Shown in pieces: positions 61,750 to 64,000 of a DNA stretch of 64,000 nt. Position 1 is the first letter of the stretch, and each line of letters opens with the position of its first letter. Position numbers and translations under genes: made by a program. Source of the stretch: Lama guanicoe (Eukaryota); assembly GCA_013239625.1 (NCBI GenBank), contig MU054032.1, positions 558,001 through 622,000 of the forward strand, read 5' to 3'. Below the pieces are notes generated by a model. The model ran no database searches and was not told the DNA's origin. It saw only the letters and a program-made list of their open reading frames with translations.

Positions 61750-63000
61750 TCTACCCGTGCAGCTCTGCGGAGGTTCCAGAACGGACTTTCCTCCGACTCG
61801 CGTCCCTAGGAGCCGGCTTCAGCATCCGTCCGAGTGATCGGGAGAGATGCGGGGGAAGGTCTGGGGGAAAAGCAGCCTACGGGGTTCTGAGCCAGCCCTC
61901 CCGCTGCCCCGAGCTCCTGGCGCAAACCCTTCTAGCTGCCCGCTCCAGCTGTCACGCTTCCTCCTTCTCGGCCCAGCAGCCCTACCCACCCCAGCCCCTG
62001 GGGCGTCCCCTCCCGTGGCCCCTGCCCCCGCCTGCTCCGGAGCGGGAGGACTGGAGGCGGCAGGGGGCTCGCGGGGTCTCTACCTTGCCGGCGGAGGGCG
62101 CGCGGTCGGAGCTGGAGCGCCGGCGCGGGAGCTGGAGCCTGAGCTGGGCTGGAGGGGACGGGCCAGGCAGACGCGGCCGCCGCGGGGCCGCCCGGCTCCA
62201 GACGACACAGCTGCCACGAGTCTCTCCTCCCCCGAATATCTCCAGGGCTCTGATTTGTGCCACTTTCTCTACATTCCTGAGCCACTCATTCCTGCCCCGA
62301 TATAACAGCTCTGTTTTTTATCTTTCAACCACTCAAAACCGCTCCCCGCATCCCCAACCCCTGGAGGCCAAGGTTGGAGGCGGGGTAACTGATGGGACAG
62401 CTTGTCAGTTGTCCACCCAACTAGCGTCTCACCCTCTCCTAATTGCTGCCACCTGGGGACTTCTCTTCCCAACTCCTTTCCATCCACCATGAATTGAATT
62501 CATACTCAGGAGTCCAGAGTTCCAGACTCCACATCCTAAAACCACTCACTCACTCTGCCACCATGGGCTCCACTGCTTGACACTATCTGAGAGAATCTGG
62601 CCATTTTGCCTCCTCACCTAGGTTAAACCCAAACCCTAGATGTCAGGGATTTGTTTTCCCCAGGCTAAGGACATCTTCTCTCAAGACTCAGATTCTTCCC
62701 TTAATTCTCGGGTTGAGGTTTAGGTGCAAACAGCATTCTGGTCTGCGTCCACCCTTTCTTCATGCCCGAACCCTCCCACTTTACCTGCTGGCCTTGGCAG
62801 GTGGTATGGAAGGCCCTGGCCACAAATCAGGGTGAAAGGAGATCCTTTCAGCTTCTCCTGTCTGGAATCTGTTCTGGAGTTGTTAGAGCTCTTGGGGCAG
62901 CATGGATGCTGGTAGAGCAAGGGTGAAAGACAGAGGCCTAGGGCCTTACTGGTAGGAACTGGGGACCCAGGCATCCTGCTCCCTGGCCCCGCCCTAACCC
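61750..63000 (-). promoter_or_regulatory. DGKA: DGKA upstream CpG-island promoter with candidate non-coding first exons (donors at 62084/62083 and 62785/62784)
   Basis: CpG-dense 61750-62230; minus-strand donors AAG|GTAGAG and CAG|GTAAAG; GC box at ~62987. Confidence 0.6.
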
Positions 63001-64000
63001 CCTCCTACCTTTCATTGAAATAGGGCACAGTAACAAAGGCTTGAGTTCCTGGAATCTTCCCTCGTACACCTAGTAATGGAAGAGTGGGGAGGGGAGAACT
63101 CTGATTGGAAAGGTATATGTCTGTATTGTGCGTTATGTTGTGTTTGTATGTACACACATACAAACACACATAATATAGACATACTTTTGGTGGGGGTTGG
63201 AGAGAAGGAATGAATACATGAGGCCCTCTAGTGGAAACAGAGGGATCTAAGCAGTTCTCAGACTGTTTCAAGATAGCCTTGTCCGAAGAGAATCCTCCAT
63301 TTTTGTTAGAAATATAGCTGCTGAGTAATAGGGTTTGGGAGTATTGTAGTTGCATCTGAACCGGAGATCTGAGGCAGGGGTTGGAGAGGGCCTGTCTCTC
63401 TGCTCCTCTCCCCTCTAATCTTAAAAAGATAAGGACCTTGCCACTCCCCTTCCTTCATCTTCCCTTCCTACGTGACCTCCTTAGTCATGGAATCATAAGA
63501 ACTTTTGAAGACTTATTATGCCCAGGTCCTGTACTTAGTTCTGCAGGACTGCCAAAAGCATAGCCCAGCTTATGGACTGCACCAGAGAGTGGCATGGTGT
63601 GTGTGGGTATGTCTGTAAAGCCTCACCACTGAAAGCCATCCTAAACAAACATAGAATTTAAGTAAGAACAAGTACCCTAGCCCCTCTTCCAACCAGTTTT
63701 CTGCCCCTGAACCCCTCATCTAGGAATCCTGGAATGACACTGATCCTTAAGGTACTCAGCTTTCCTTACAAGTAACTCCTGCAGTGCTACCACTCTATTT
63801 ATGGCCTGTGTTTCTCACTCTGTCATCCTCAGCTATGTTCCTACATGAAGTTAAAGATGCCCCTTCTAAGACATTTTTTGAGACTTCAATGTGGGGCATG
63901 AGGTGATCTCTCTAATAAGGAATAAGATGGAATCAGTCATACTCTAGGCTTGCGTCTTCTTTAGGATCTGTGCTCCATCATACCCCAGTCAGTTATGGGT

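Noticed and set aside
61488..62492. 334-aa plus-strand ORF
   Set aside because: Starts at a non-ATG codon, spans a GC-rich CpG island, low-complexity and has no recognisable domain. I could not find a PYM1 first-exon peptide in it.

Overview
Mammalian genomic DNA, not prokaryotic. Two tRNA-Ala-like vic-1-type SINEs and the absence of recognisable Alu/B1/BovB elements suggest a camelid (inference). The window is the conserved block syntenic with human 12q13.2, read in reverse: probable IKZF4 5' region (-), SUOX (-), RAB5B (-), CDK2 (-), PMEL (+), DGKA (-). I traced all coding exons of the five complete genes by hand with GT-AG boundaries and consistent phases: SUOX 546 aa, RAB5B 215 aa, CDK2 298 aa, PMEL 636 aa, DGKA 734 aa. 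None is frameshifted. There are six CpG islands, many old MIR/L2/L1/MLT/DNA-transposon fragments and a 135-N assembly gap. I found no wholly new biological system. The best leads are an intact 48-codon CDK2L cassette exon that appears to be an exonised antisense L2, a shorter PMEL amyloid repeat domain, a shifted PMEL alternative acceptor, the shared CDK2/PMEL divergent promoter with an MITF box, a candidate ATG-bearing exon at the probable IKZF4 CpG island, and a stop-free in-frame RAB5B 5' leader. Comparisons with human, rodent or chicken proteins are from memory and need alignment to confirm.
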